Virus record (IMG/VR): IMGVR_UViG_3300033153_008361
Span: 1-64,000 of that record
DNA length: 64,000 bases
From: a virus
Reading direction: 5' to 3' (one strand)
Positions 11,258 through 20,842 of the stretch are shown here, in pieces. Each line of letters opens with the position of its first letter. Within the stretch, counting starts at the first letter, position 1. Under the pieces are notes generated by a model. That model saw only the letters and a list, made by a program, of their open reading frames with translations. It did no database searches and was not told where the DNA came from. Made by a program: the position numbers and the translations under genes.

Positions 11258-13406
11258 CGAGCAGATCCTTTTTGTCCTCGGGCGCTATGTCCTGCCAAGT
11301 GTCACGGGCCTCAGACTCAGCGCCATCAGCATCTAAATCAACTTCTTCTACACGGGGGAGCGGGTCGCCATCCACCTCGACCCCAAACGGCCGAAGCGTA
11401 TTAGCATCCATCTGTCTCGGGTCAATGTGCGGGCCATCCCAATCAAATTTTATAAGAGCCATGGTCCCGGCAAATCCCACGATAGTCACAGGCGTCCCCT
11501 CAGCGGTCTTAGCCCTGTCTCCAACCTTAAAAGTGCCATGCCAAACGATTGTGCTACCCTCAATATCATAGGCGTAATGAATCCCATCAATGGGGTCTCC
11601 GGCAAACACATCAGGATTAACAAGTTCGCCCGGATCTTGTTTTATCATCAAGCACAGGCGAGACCCAGGTACAAGCATGGTATATTTGTTCTCGGTATGC
11701 ACCCATACCCAATCGTTGTTGCCGCTCCAATGAAGGATTGTGCCCATTTCACCAGAGTCAAGGAACATAACATAGTTGCCAACTTTGTATATGCTTTCAA
11801 GGTTAGCGTCTAGTTCAAGGTCTGTTAAGGCCCGCCCGTTATACATCGGCCAATAAGTTTCCTCGACATCTTCCCCGGTCTTGGAATCCGGTTCGATGTC
11901 GTCATATGTTTCAGTTTCGGGGATCTCGATCCCAATATACCCTTCAAGCAACGCCCGAATTTCCTCTCTGGAGAAAACGGGATTGCCGGGGACCATCTGA
12001 TTAGGCGCTTGGTTCATTCCGTTAAGGCGGGCGATAGCCTGTGACAGCTTGTCGGCCGAGTCGATTTGGTAGCGCCGGGTTCGGTCAGTTTTCCATATAA
12101 CTTGAACTAACACCCGTGGCGGGGCCATGTAATTCCAAACCATTTCAATTTGTGACCGCATGGCAGCTACGGCCGTCTCCGCCTCGATGCTGCTGGCGAT
12201 GTCGCTTTGAGTCATCGCGCCTTCACCGAGCCGAACCTCAAGGTGGGTGACATTAAGGTGGAAGGCCGCGGCCAGCGCGTCAACCCATTCTTTCCGCCAA
12301 CCCTCGGCCGTATACCCGGCCGGCGGTTCGCCCCACGGAAGCATAGCGATCTTGCTGTTTTCCCCACGGGATCCGCCAAAGAAAACGCCAGGATAGAAAT
12401 ACATCTCCTGACCTTCACGTTCTTCCTCATAGGCTTCTAGCTGATCCCTGAACTGAGTCGGATAGTCCAAGCCAGAGATCCAGACAACGCCGCGCATGGG
12501 CTGATTGATCAAATGTTCCCAATCTTGGCGCTCGATAGCCATATACTTGATCATGTAGGGCGAAAAGCGCCATGCCCCTGATTGGCCGAAGCCAGGATAC
12601 ATATCGTTACGGCCACCGGCCTGATTCAGGACCTGGAAACCATAATCACGGTGGATGAGCACCCACACAGCTTCTTTAAGGTCGCTGCTATATTTGCTTA
12701 TCCAGTAAGGATATTCGGAATTGCCGGTAGGATAGCAGGTAAGGCCGTCCAGCATCCACAGCCCCTGATTTTCCCGGAAAGCCTCTTGCTCGGTTCTTAG
12801 AACAAACATGCGCTTTCCAGACTTATCAAGACCTGGGATCTGCTCGGCTTCCATCCCATATTGATCCCAATTGTCGAAAGGGATCTCTCCAATCGGCAAC
12901 TGAGCACCTATAGCACCTCGGTTGTCAACCATCAGCGCACCCATATATAGCTGTACGAATTTAGACGCTCCGAATTGGCTGTCCTGAGCACGAGCCATGA
13001 GGTCCAAAGTCTTTTTCACCGGAGAGGTCCGGCCGCGTACAGTTGAAATCCAAGTGCCGACCATAGCTTGGACCTTGGTAACGATTGTACTTAGTAGGGT
13101 ATTTACAATTGGGGATGTGCCGGAATTCGCCATGTAGCCCTCGACGAGGGCTCTTGATAGCATGTCATCCATGCCACAGGCATAGGCCGGCCAAAAAGCA
13201 ATACCCGTTTCCTCATCATGAGCCAATACTGTGCCAACTCCTGGCACATGGCTAACGACGCCTTGGGCTTTAACAAACCCTTTATTCACAGCATCGAAAG
13301 GATGAGGCAACATCTTACCAGGACCATAACTTGCTGTCGGTACGTAGATACCTAGTGAGGGATCTAGTACAAATCCAGGAACATTAGGGTCACTTGTTAG
13401 AGCCAT
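11229..13406 (-). CDS. portal protein candidate
   Basis: This is a 725-aa ORF between the terminase and head-maturation genes. Start placed at ATG 13406 (MALTSDP), directly after a terminator. The call rests on size and position only. Confidence 0.55.
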   Translation of the reverse strand: MALTSDPNVPGFVLDPSLGIYVPTASYGPGKMLPHPFDAVNKGFVKAQGVVSHVPGVGTVLAHDEETGIAFWPAYACGMDDMLSRALVEGYMANSGTSPIVNTLLSTIVTKVQAMVGTWISTVRGRTSPVKKTLDLMARAQDSQFGASKFVQLYMGALMVDNRGAIGAQLPIGEIPFDNWDQYGMEAEQIPGLDKSGKRMFVLRTEQEAFRENQGLWMLDGLTCYPTGNSEYPYWISKYSSDLKEAVWVLIHRDYGFQVLNQAGGRNDMYPGFGQSGAWRFSPYMIKYMAIERQDWEHLINQPMRGVVWISGLDYPTQFRDQLEAYEEEREGQEMYFYPGVFFGGSRGENSKIAMLPWGEPPAGYTAEGWRKEWVDALAAAFHLNVTHLEVRLGEGAMTQSDIASSIEAETAVAAMRSQIEMVWNYMAPPRVLVQVIWKTDRTRRYQIDSADKLSQAIARLNGMNQAPNQMVPGNPVFSREEIRALLEGYIGIEIPETETYDDIEPDSKTGEDVEETYWPMYNGRALTDLELDANLESIYKVGNYVMFLDSGEMGTILHWSGNNDWVWVHTENKYTMLVPGSRLCLMIKQDPGELVNPDVFAGDPIDGIHYAYDIEGSTIVWHGTFKVGDRAKTAEGTPVTIVGFAGTMALIKFDWDGPHIDPRQMDANTLRPFGVEVDGDPLPRVEEVDLDADGAESEARDTWQDIAPEDKKDLLDAEDEPGDD

Positions 13407-13422
13407 GCGGACAGTGTACCAC

Positions 13423-13459
13423 AAAAAAACCCGCGCCGTAAAGTGTTACGACGCGGGTT
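13423..13459 (-). terminator. rho-independent terminator
   Basis: The minus strand reads CCCGCGTCGTAAC-act-TTACGGCGCGGG followed by TTTTTTT. Confidence 0.8.
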
Positions 13460-13500
13460 GGAAAGAGAAGTAGGCATGAACTACCCACTATTTAATCATT

Positions 13501-13698
13501 TTACGGCGATTCCCGAATGACCGCAACAACGAAATGGCGGCTGCAATAAGTGACTTCTCCAGTTTCCTTGGTCTTTGCCTTACACTCAGGACACAACACT
13601 ATTTTGCCCCGCGGAAGACCCTGATAACCCGGTGGCTGAGAACCACATATAGCGTACATCTTTTGAAGTTCCCCAAGTGCAATTGATTTACTTTCCAT
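13501..13698 (-). CDS. hypothetical small Cys-containing protein
   Basis: ORF track. It contains CPEC and a further Cys/His. Confidence 0.45.
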   Translation of the reverse strand: MESKSIALGELQKMYAICGSQPPGYQGLPRGKIVLCPECKAKTKETGEVTYCSRHFVVAVIRESP

Positions 13699-14233
13699 TA
13701 TTCCGCTTTCCCCTGGCCGCAGCCAGCACCAGCACGATCACCATTATCGAAATGATACCGGCAAGAAGAAACCACACAGCCAGGGTTATATCATCACTCT
13801 CGGCCGTGAAGCTGGTCAAAGTAATCGCGGTTGGCACAAGCGGGGTACACCATGTAATGTGGGAGATACCTTTACCATCAGACTGTATGAGGATCGGCTC
13901 GGCCGGGGTCTGAGGTGTCTTGGGCGGCTCATAAATGAAAAGCTGGTCTCCTTCTATGCCCGCTTTCATGAACGCGGCCGAGATGGGCACATCGAAATTA
14001 TCTAGTTGAACAAACCATGTCACCATCCAAACCTCTTGATCGTCATTCCAGTTCATACCGCCAATGTCAATGTACTCCGCTCCATACTCGAAACCAACCT
14101 CAAAATCCTGTCCATCGTAGGCCGCGGGATCGTACTTGGCTACCTCTCCCATGCCGTTCGGACAATCCATAGGTGCAAGCGGCTCCGGATCCTGCAAAAA
14201 TAAAAAGGCTAACAAAATCAATAATAGTTTCAT
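13688..14233 (-). CDS. exported, C-terminally membrane-anchored protein
   Basis: The N-terminal MKLLLILLAFLFL is signal-peptide-like. The C-terminal hydrophobic helix is followed by RGKRNNGK. It has an AAGGAG RBS. Confidence 0.65.
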   Translation of the reverse strand: MKLLLILLAFLFLQDPEPLAPMDCPNGMGEVAKYDPAAYDGQDFEVGFEYGAEYIDIGGMNWNDDQEVWMVTWFVQLDNFDVPISAAFMKAGIEGDQLFIYEPPKTPQTPAEPILIQSDGKGISHITWCTPLVPTAITLTSFTAESDDITLAVWFLLAGIISIMVIVLVLAAARGKRNNGK

Positions 14234-14245
14234 GTCACTTCTCCT

Positions 14246-15229
14246 TTATTCGCACATTCCTCTCATATCACAAGATAGGGTATCGTCATCGTCTAACCGA
14301 TGAAACAACTCATACTGTCGAGCACCCCAAGCGGTTTTGGACCATGCAACAATATCCCGGATTGTTGCTACATTCATCTTTTCGCCATCGGCCGTAGTTA
14401 TTTCTTTAGTCCGCCATCGCTCGGGCACTGTTTTCCTGGCAAACATAGACGAAAACATATTAGAATTATCGCTAAAATAGCCTTCCTTTGACTCAATGAA
14501 GTCAATACGCTCAGGCCGGTAATGAGCAATCGCCCTGATTTCCCGTTTGGATGAATTGATGCAAGGAAAACACCCAACTCTCCTAGCCCCCATATCATAC
14601 AGCGGGTTTCTTGGCACACCGGTTGTCCTAACCCTTTGGATTAACTCTAAACGGGTCGTTAATGGGACACCCTCATCATCCTTTATTATTTCAACAACGT
14701 CCTCAACATCCAAGTATTTACGGTGCGCTTCCCAAATATCATCTAAGGACCATTCATAAATTGGCAAAAACTTGTCACACCCGTAGGTGTCATCATAATG
14801 AAATTGGTCCAAGTCTCCCCGGTCATTTGCACTATGCCCCTCTGCTTTACGAATACCGCTAAGAGCCAGGACTTTCCCTTTTTCTTTTAGTTCTTCAATA
14901 TGTTTCATGGACGGAATAACTTTCAATATCTGAGTGCAAAACCGTGCTCTCCTTGAAGGAAACCGTTTTTTCTTTCGGGCCAGTTCATAAAAGCCAATAC
15001 CTGGATCAATTGTCTGGATCGGGAATACACGCTCTGAGAGCATCGCCAGATAATTGTATGTCAACACATCCTCATTATCGGTGTCACAGAAAGTGGCGAC
15101 TATTCTTGAAGTAGGCCACCCACTTTCATAAATGAGCCATAACAAGGTCGCTGTGCTATCTTTTCCCCCACTGATCCCGATATGATAGACATCGTAGTCT
15201 AGGGGATCAAATTCTTCGGGTCTAATCAT
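14246..15229 (-). CDS. PAPS reductase-like PP-loop enzyme (DndC/CysH superfamily)
   Basis: It carries the PP-loop motif ISGGKDST near the N-terminus and C-terminal Cys residues. Start is ATG 15229, in an ATGA overlap with the terminase stop. Confidence 0.75.
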   Translation of the reverse strand: MIRPEEFDPLDYDVYHIGISGGKDSTATLLWLIYESGWPTSRIVATFCDTDNEDVLTYNYLAMLSERVFPIQTIDPGIGFYELARKKKRFPSRRARFCTQILKVIPSMKHIEELKEKGKVLALSGIRKAEGHSANDRGDLDQFHYDDTYGCDKFLPIYEWSLDDIWEAHRKYLDVEDVVEIIKDDEGVPLTTRLELIQRVRTTGVPRNPLYDMGARRVGCFPCINSSKREIRAIAHYRPERIDFIESKEGYFSDNSNMFSSMFARKTVPERWRTKEITTADGEKMNVATIRDIVAWSKTAWGARQYELFHRLDDDDTLSCDMRGMCE

Positions 15230-16908
15230 GCCTTTTTCCTTATTCCGCCCATCCAAGTGTTTTCCAAGGCGTATGATAACATGAGGGCTTCCATCTCATC
15301 GGGCGAAAAGGTCAGGCGCTTTCTCATGATCTGTTTGGTAGTAACCCGTATCAGATTTTTTCCCGTAATTTCATAATCAACCGCCTTCAATGAATCGTGT
15401 AGGCGTCTACAGGCTTCGTTGTAGGTTTCTGGCGGGATGGCTATTTCACCCTTCCTGAAAACAGTTCTTAACGTCCAATATGACTCATCTCGAAGCTGGA
15501 AGAACTCAGCATAATCCGCTTCAACGCCGGCGGTCCCGCGGGCTGACTCGGCCACCATCACCCGGACAGCAACGATCCGCTTCCGGGGCGTCTGTCTCCG
15601 TCCCCACTTGACCATATTGCCGGGGGTGCCGGCCCCAACGCCTGTTGCATCAACCTTACACATCTTGGCATCACGCCTAATATACATCCTAGCTGCTTTA
15701 TCGGCCGCATCTGATGGGTCTGAGTCTTTCCAAAGTTCAGGAACATCAACCCACATGCCATACCGGAAGCAAGCAGAGTGATGGTCAGGACCGAAGTCGG
15801 CCACATCCAGCCCCATAGTTGGCTGAATCCCGGCCGGCGGGGTGACAATACCATCATGGGCCGCTCTCATCAGTTCCCATTTAGACACGGCCATATCTAT
15901 CCACTCATCCCATATCAGCCGATCCACTCCGCCAGGGGGGTATTGGCCGAGGACCTTATACCAAAACTGGTTGTCAATAACGACTCGTATACCTGGGAGA
16001 AGCGGCGGGATTATTGTCCCATCATTCATTTTCCCGGTGACACCATAAAGAAACTCGGGTATTTCCCAACAAGTGCTATTAACGTCCATGTCCAGGGGCT
16101 TCGGTTCGGTCCATAGATGGATACGTTCAACCGTTTTGGCCCTAGTGACCGCGCCGGGGATTATATCTTCCCCTGTCAGCACATTCGGATGGTCCAGGGC
16201 GCTCATTTCGATGACTAAGGCCCGCCCCTCTTTTTCCCGGCGATATATTTCACCGGATTTTTTCTTGGGGTTGTAGCAAATAATTTGTCTTGCCATCCCG
16301 CCCGACATGCACCCGTCCATACCTTTATAAACTGGGTCCGGGATTCCGTCTCCTTCATCGGCTTCAAACACGATTACAGGAGCATGTTTACCTGACCATT
16401 TGGTTTCTATATCCTCATCACTACTGGAAACGGGTATCGTAACTCCAGTTATGAACTCTTTTGGATGCCGGGTAATGAACATCGAAGCCCGGATGTCATC
16501 ATCGGCAAACAATTCGGGGAATTCTTTTGTTAGGGAATAAATCTCAGCCCATAACAGGCGTTTCAAGTTGGCTTCTGGCGGGGCTGTGGTTGTGTAAACC
16601 TGAGAGCCGGGGTAAGCCTTATATATCCATATAGCTAACTGAGCCAGCCCGAAAGTTTTGCCTACACCCGTAGCCGATCTTATATGCACGATCTCAGTAT
16701 CCCGGACCGCTTCGAGCATTTCCACCTGCTTAGACCACAGGGTAGCGCCTAAAACCTCACTGACAAAGCCAACCGGGTCATCCTGGTAAATCTCATAGTT
16801 CCCGGCCGCATCAGGATCGAGCCCCTGGACAATCCCATCCCTGAAAAGATCGCCTATGGAAGGCTTCTTAGCTTCTTGTTTTAGCCTTTCTAGCTCATTC
16901 TGTTTCAT
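15226..16908 (-). CDS. terL: terminase large subunit
   Basis: Walker A is ATGVGKT and Walker B-like is VIVFEADEGD. The C-terminal RNase H-like part contains GLDVADFG. Size is 560 aa. Confidence 0.85.
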   Translation of the reverse strand: MKQNELERLKQEAKKPSIGDLFRDGIVQGLDPDAAGNYEIYQDDPVGFVSEVLGATLWSKQVEMLEAVRDTEIVHIRSATGVGKTFGLAQLAIWIYKAYPGSQVYTTTAPPEANLKRLLWAEIYSLTKEFPELFADDDIRASMFITRHPKEFITGVTIPVSSSDEDIETKWSGKHAPVIVFEADEGDGIPDPVYKGMDGCMSGGMARQIICYNPKKKSGEIYRREKEGRALVIEMSALDHPNVLTGEDIIPGAVTRAKTVERIHLWTEPKPLDMDVNSTCWEIPEFLYGVTGKMNDGTIIPPLLPGIRVVIDNQFWYKVLGQYPPGGVDRLIWDEWIDMAVSKWELMRAAHDGIVTPPAGIQPTMGLDVADFGPDHHSACFRYGMWVDVPELWKDSDPSDAADKAARMYIRRDAKMCKVDATGVGAGTPGNMVKWGRRQTPRKRIVAVRVMVAESARGTAGVEADYAEFFQLRDESYWTLRTVFRKGEIAIPPETYNEACRRLHDSLKAVDYEITGKNLIRVTTKQIMRKRLTFSPDEMEALMLSYALENTWMGGIRKKA

Positions 16909-16936
16909 GAAATAGTGTGTCCACTTCTATCCGCAA

Positions 16937-17134
16937 TCATAGTAATGCCCCTTCTGTCTTCGGCGCATCTGTAACATTGTTCCAGTTTTTAATCGCCCAT
17001 GCCTTGCTTGGTGACAATATGCCCGACTTACCACAGCGACACCTTACAAACCATTCTATCACGAAGAAATCTTCCTCAAGGGTTTTTATCTCTGGCATCT
17101 TGCCACAGGAGCAACATTTCATTTTAGGCATCAT
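16937..17134 (-). CDS. Lar-family restriction alleviation-like protein
   Basis: CCSCG...CRCG is followed by AWAIKNWNN. This matches the zinc ribbon plus A-x-x-x-WN pattern of the Lar family. Confidence 0.55.
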   Translation of the reverse strand: MMPKMKCCSCGKMPEIKTLEEDFFVIEWFVRCRCGKSGILSPSKAWAIKNWNNVTDAPKTEGALL

Positions 17135-17191
17135 AGCAGCGCCCCCTGTTGGTAAAACCCGAGCGCAAGGGGCGACTGGGTATTCAGCATG

Positions 17192-17317
17192 TCATTCACA
17201 ATCGCACGGATAGCACTCGCAACACGGGCAATAATAAACGACATAATACCGCGGGGGGTCATAGTATAAATAAAGATAAATCAGGACCGCGATCCAAAAA
17301 CCCATGCAAAGAAACAT
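17192..17317 (-). CDS. 41-aa Cys-rich membrane micropeptide
   Basis: Start moved to ATG 17317 (GGGGGA RBS). The product is MFLCMGFWIAVLIYLYLYYDPPRYYVVYYCPCCECYPCDCE. Confidence 0.4.
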   Translation of the reverse strand: MFLCMGFWIAVLIYLYLYYDPPRYYVVYYCPCCECYPCDCE

Positions 17318-17318
17318 T

Positions 17319-17567
17319 TTAGTCCCCCTTCTTACGCCCCTTCTCATATTCACGTAAATTCTTGGGCCACATACCCAACGCATACCACCGGCCGATAGCT
17401 TGGCTCATAGTCAACTCTGTATCTGGACCATCACCCGGCCACTGTTCGGCCGTCACCTCATGCTGTACCCGTATCAACACGAAGTAAACCAAGTCACGAG
17501 GCATTAACCCTGCCGTGGCCCGAAGCAACTTTACTACCATTTTCCTGTAAGCACTTTGATTACCCAT
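17319..17567 (-). CDS. hypothetical protein
   Basis: ORF track. It is tightly coupled to its neighbours. Confidence 0.5.
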   Translation of the reverse strand: MGNQSAYRKMVVKLLRATAGLMPRDLVYFVLIRVQHEVTAEQWPGDGPDTELTMSQAIGRWYALGMWPKNLREYEKGRKKGD

Positions 17568-18742
17568 TATTCTTCCTCATCCACAATATCGGCTTCAATC
17601 AACTTCGGACCTTTCTTACCTGCCATCTGGCCTTGCATCTCTCTAAGAAATTCATTCCTGATCCTGACAGGAGATGAGTTCTCTAGCTTGCCATTAAGAG
17701 CCAACGTCCAAATATAGTTAGCCGCGGCCGTGGCTGCATCCCGGATGCCAACCAACATCTCTTGCTGGAGCATATACATCTCCTGAACGGAGATGCTTTG
17801 CTGAGCATCAACAATGCGCTTACGCTCAGCGTCTGTCAGCCGTCCTATCCTGGTTGTTATCTTTCCAAACTCATCCCAACGCCGGTAATCGTCAATAGCT
17901 GAGCCCATGAGTTCTTTAATGTCTATGGTAGCCAAATGAATACGGGCGAAATTATCCTCAGCCAGGGCGCTTTCAATCTCTGCTACAGCCCGCCCCATTC
18001 CCGCGGCAATAACCATATAATCCGTATCACCCATCTGGCTCATCAGCTGGGCATTTCGAGCAGCCAGAGCCGCGATCTCAGGCGCTACGGATAGATAATT
18101 CTCATCTGTCACCGCCTCAATATACATTTCTCGAAGCTGACCGTTAAGCATCTCGCCGTATACTTTGAGCCGGCCGGAAGCCTTTTTCCCGTCTCGAAAT
18201 GCGCCAACAATATGCTTTCCACCATGAACCCCACATCGACCAGAGGCAATAGGAGTACGGTTGCAAAAGCGACGGGCAACGCCACATTTCGGACAATACA
18301 TAATCCCCGGTCCTGCATAAGGCGTCCGGCAATTCTCGCCGTCTATCGTGGCTCGACACTGTTTTATGAGTGACCCACACACTTTCTTGCCAGCCGGAGC
18401 AAACATCCCTTCATAGAACCCCATGATTTCCTGAGCAGCCAAATATTCATAATCCTTCAGGAAGCCGCGCATGTATTGAAAAAACCGTTTCATATCCGTC
18501 TTGAACGCTTGGGATTCTTCCAATAGGGGACGATGATACCGGGCCAGCGCCCGCTCCAGATTGTCTACCAATTCAAGGACATGCTCAGTGTCCAGGTCAA
18601 GTTCAAAAAGAGCCCATCTAAGCGCATCGGCCGCAGCATCAGGATCGTATCTTTCAAGCAATACCACGGCCTTGTCGAGCAAGTCCCAATCTTCTTCTGG
18701 CAGCTTCGCAGCTAACTCCGCAATTTCTTGTGAGGTACTCAT
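17567..18742 (-). CDS. hypothetical protein with internal zinc-ribbon cluster
   Basis: Start is ATG 18742 (MSTSQEIA), in an ATGA overlap with the upstream stop. It contains CPKCG...CNRT...CGVHGG. Confidence 0.6.
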   Translation of the reverse strand: MSTSQEIAELAAKLPEEDWDLLDKAVVLLERYDPDAAADALRWALFELDLDTEHVLELVDNLERALARYHRPLLEESQAFKTDMKRFFQYMRGFLKDYEYLAAQEIMGFYEGMFAPAGKKVCGSLIKQCRATIDGENCRTPYAGPGIMYCPKCGVARRFCNRTPIASGRCGVHGGKHIVGAFRDGKKASGRLKVYGEMLNGQLREMYIEAVTDENYLSVAPEIAALAARNAQLMSQMGDTDYMVIAAGMGRAVAEIESALAEDNFARIHLATIDIKELMGSAIDDYRRWDEFGKITTRIGRLTDAERKRIVDAQQSISVQEMYMLQQEMLVGIRDAATAAANYIWTLALNGKLENSSPVRIRNEFLREMQGQMAGKKGPKLIEADIVDEEE

Positions 18743-18984
18743 AATAATTCCAATGCCATCTGCTTTTGCCGCGGCTGTAGTGGCCAGAGCCACCCATTTT
18801 TAGTAAATATATCGAACATATAGAGTATCACGATTGGATGATCATTCTCCCAAATAGCATACATAGTATCCATATATTTGATGCCTTCATCCTCGGTATA
18901 TTTGAGAGCCTGATAGAAATCAGAAAATGTCGGATCGTCATCTTGGGGATAATCTACTGCACCTACTCGATACTTGTTTGCCAT
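18739..18984 (-). CDS. hypothetical protein
   Basis: Start moved to ATG 18984 (MANKYRV). It is preceded by GGGAGTATAGCGAAATG, a copy of the conserved initiation motif. Confidence 0.55.
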   Translation of the reverse strand: MANKYRVGAVDYPQDDDPTFSDFYQALKYTEDEGIKYMDTMYAIWENDHPIVILYMFDIFTKNGWLWPLQPRQKQMALELL

Positions 18985-18988
18985 TTCG

Positions 18989-19270
18989 CTATACTCCCAA
19001 TGCTTTGAATACTTCTTCTCGGGTTGGCACTTCCGGCCCATTGAACCGCTCATTAACAAAGTTAATTTGCGCCTCAGTTAGTTCCACTCGGCCGAGGTAC
19101 ACATGATCTTGCTTCCCGCCTCTGTTAGCCGCTAAGGGATTGCGACGGCGAAGCTGGCTATATGGACCGTGGGGCCGATCTTCCTTGCTTTTCCGGCAGG
19201 TCGGGCAATTCCCACAGTTTCGGTATGTTATTTGCTGAGTCCAATGTCCTAATCCTGCCATCATGGTCAA
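18989..19270 (-). CDS. hypothetical protein (CxxC..HGPY, DUF6788-like)
   Basis: CGNCPTCRKSKEDRPHGPY matches the pattern I associate with DUF6788. It has an ATGA overlap with the HNH gene. Confidence 0.5.
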   Translation of the reverse strand: MTMMAGLGHWTQQITYRNCGNCPTCRKSKEDRPHGPYSQLRRRNPLAANRGGKQDHVYLGRVELTEAQINFVNERFNGPEVPTREEVFKALGV

Positions 19271-19821
19271 TCCTTTATAAAGTTTTGTTCTGGATCAATG
19301 TAGTCCGCTTTTTTCCAGGTTGGAAAAGTTAAAGGCCCTTCGAGGGCCAGTAATTCGCTCATCCGTTCTACTACTTCCTGCCGGCTGAGAGATTCGCCAA
19401 GGTAACGATGAGCGTAAAACCCGGCCGCATAGGGCTTAAACCACTCCGAGTGTTCAAACATCGCCCACGGCCGGAACATATTCACCTTCGCTTGAATAAT
19501 GAGATGGCAAACCTGACACAAAGCCGTTAGATTCCACCATTGAAGATTCCACTTGTTACCGTCCAGGTGATGGACCGTAAGAACCCGCTGCTTTTGGCCG
19601 CTCACCCAATCTAGGCGAAGTTCCGCCGTCCCGTCCTCATTATCTATATGTTCTACACCCCGGATCTCAGGATGACGCACGAGGTCACATTTCATATCAC
19701 ACTTAATATGATGACCAGGGTTCTCATGAGGATGCTTGCAACGAATACAACGCCATCCGGCATCTTCTTTTACCTGGGTAGCAACGTCCTTCCAGTTAGG
19801 CGGATATTCTGCTTTGGGCAT
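19267..19821 (-). CDS. HNH endonuclease
   Basis: It has CIRCKH...VHHLDGNKWNLQWWNLTALCQVCH, the H-N-H core with flanking Cys pairs. Confidence 0.8.
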   Translation of the reverse strand: MPKAEYPPNWKDVATQVKEDAGWRCIRCKHPHENPGHHIKCDMKCDLVRHPEIRGVEHIDNEDGTAELRLDWVSGQKQRVLTVHHLDGNKWNLQWWNLTALCQVCHLIIQAKVNMFRPWAMFEHSEWFKPYAAGFYAHRYLGESLSRQEVVERMSELLALEGPLTFPTWKKADYIDPEQNFIKD

Positions 19822-20127
19822 CTACTTCTCCTTCTGGCTGTTGACGGGACCTAAATAAGACCCGCCCAAATCCCATTTCTGTTGCTGATAGATACCGAAC
19901 CTATGTTCTACATCGCCATTCGCCTTGATCTTGCCTGATTGGGCCAGGAATTGAAGGATACCAAAAATAGGCATGAAGCTATGTGCGCTGATCGGTCCTA
20001 CGAAATGAATAAAATTAACTTGATAAGTACCTTTTCCGCCGATCTGCTCTTGCTCTAAAAACCTGTATTCTGGTCTTTCATCCATAGGCTTAGCTGTTTT
20101 ATCAAACCACTGTTTGCGATCTTTCAT
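19822..20127 (-). CDS. hypothetical protein
   Basis: ORF track. It has an AAAGGAG RBS. Confidence 0.6.
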   Translation of the reverse strand: MKDRKQWFDKTAKPMDERPEYRFLEQEQIGGKGTYQVNFIHFVGPISAHSFMPIFGILQFLAQSGKIKANGDVEHRFGIYQQQKWDLGGSYLGPVNSQKEK

Positions 20128-20227
20128 AAATCTCCTTTAATAAATGGCCCGGCCGGGGTCTCCTGTGTGCTACACATGGGGGATGGATAAACCAACCGGG
20201 CCACATAAATACTATATCATACTATGG

Positions 20228-20842
20228 CTAGTCGCTGATATGAGGTAGCTCCTTGTCCGGCTGGATGAGGTCACTAATCTCTTCTTCCTCGGCCAGCTTC
20301 TCTTTCTCAATCCACGGGGGGGTATTCGCTAACGACATATCAAAAATCTCGCAGCCCTGTCTTAACACTGATGCCTTTTTTGCCAAGTCCCATGCAACCT
20401 GATACCGAACACCGGTATGCCGAAAATCTGGTTGGAAAAAGTCATCTGGCATTTCATACTCGACAGGGGCGACGACAACAAGGTTATGGACATATGACTC
20501 TATGACTTTATATCTTATTCCCGCATAATACTTTGGCGGTTGCCCGTGGGCTTCCAGGGCTAAATCGATCTCTGTCTGAACGGTCAGCTTTGCCCTGTCC
20601 AACAGATCATCCCGGACCGCATGAGGATCATAGAATCTAGTGGAAGCAATTGACCCATCGGGGTTTTGGGTAATCGTTTCCTGAGCAACGTACTCGACAT
20701 CCAATCGGACGTTACAATAATCCCCTACGCTGACCGTTTCACCGTACTTGACGGTGATCCTCTCAACGAGATCGGGTAAAGGCACAGCCAAAGGATTGTT
20801 AGTCGGACCTTGAACGCCAGTATCACCTTGAGGACTACTCAT
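20228..20842 (-). CDS. hypothetical protein
   Basis: ATG 20842 is preceded by AAGGA at 8 nt. The track start at 20845 is a GTG. Confidence 0.6.
   Translation of the reverse strand: MSSPQGDTGVQGPTNNPLAVPLPDLVERITVKYGETVSVGDYCNVRLDVEYVAQETITQNPDGSIASTRFYDPHAVRDDLLDRAKLTVQTEIDLALEAHGQPPKYYAGIRYKVIESYVHNLVVVAPVEYEMPDDFFQPDFRHTGVRYQVAWDLAKKASVLRQGCEIFDMSLANTPPWIEKEKLAEEEEISDLIQPDKELPHISD

Noticed and set aside
20128-20227. A promoter or terminator in the 100-nt gap upstream of 19822..20127. It contains GGCCCGG...CCGGGCC and a TGTGT..ACACA hairpin, plus TATGAT and TATAGT strings.
   Set aside because: The stems are short with long loops and no clear T tract, and there is no convincing -35/-10 pair. 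The evidence is too weak to annotate.
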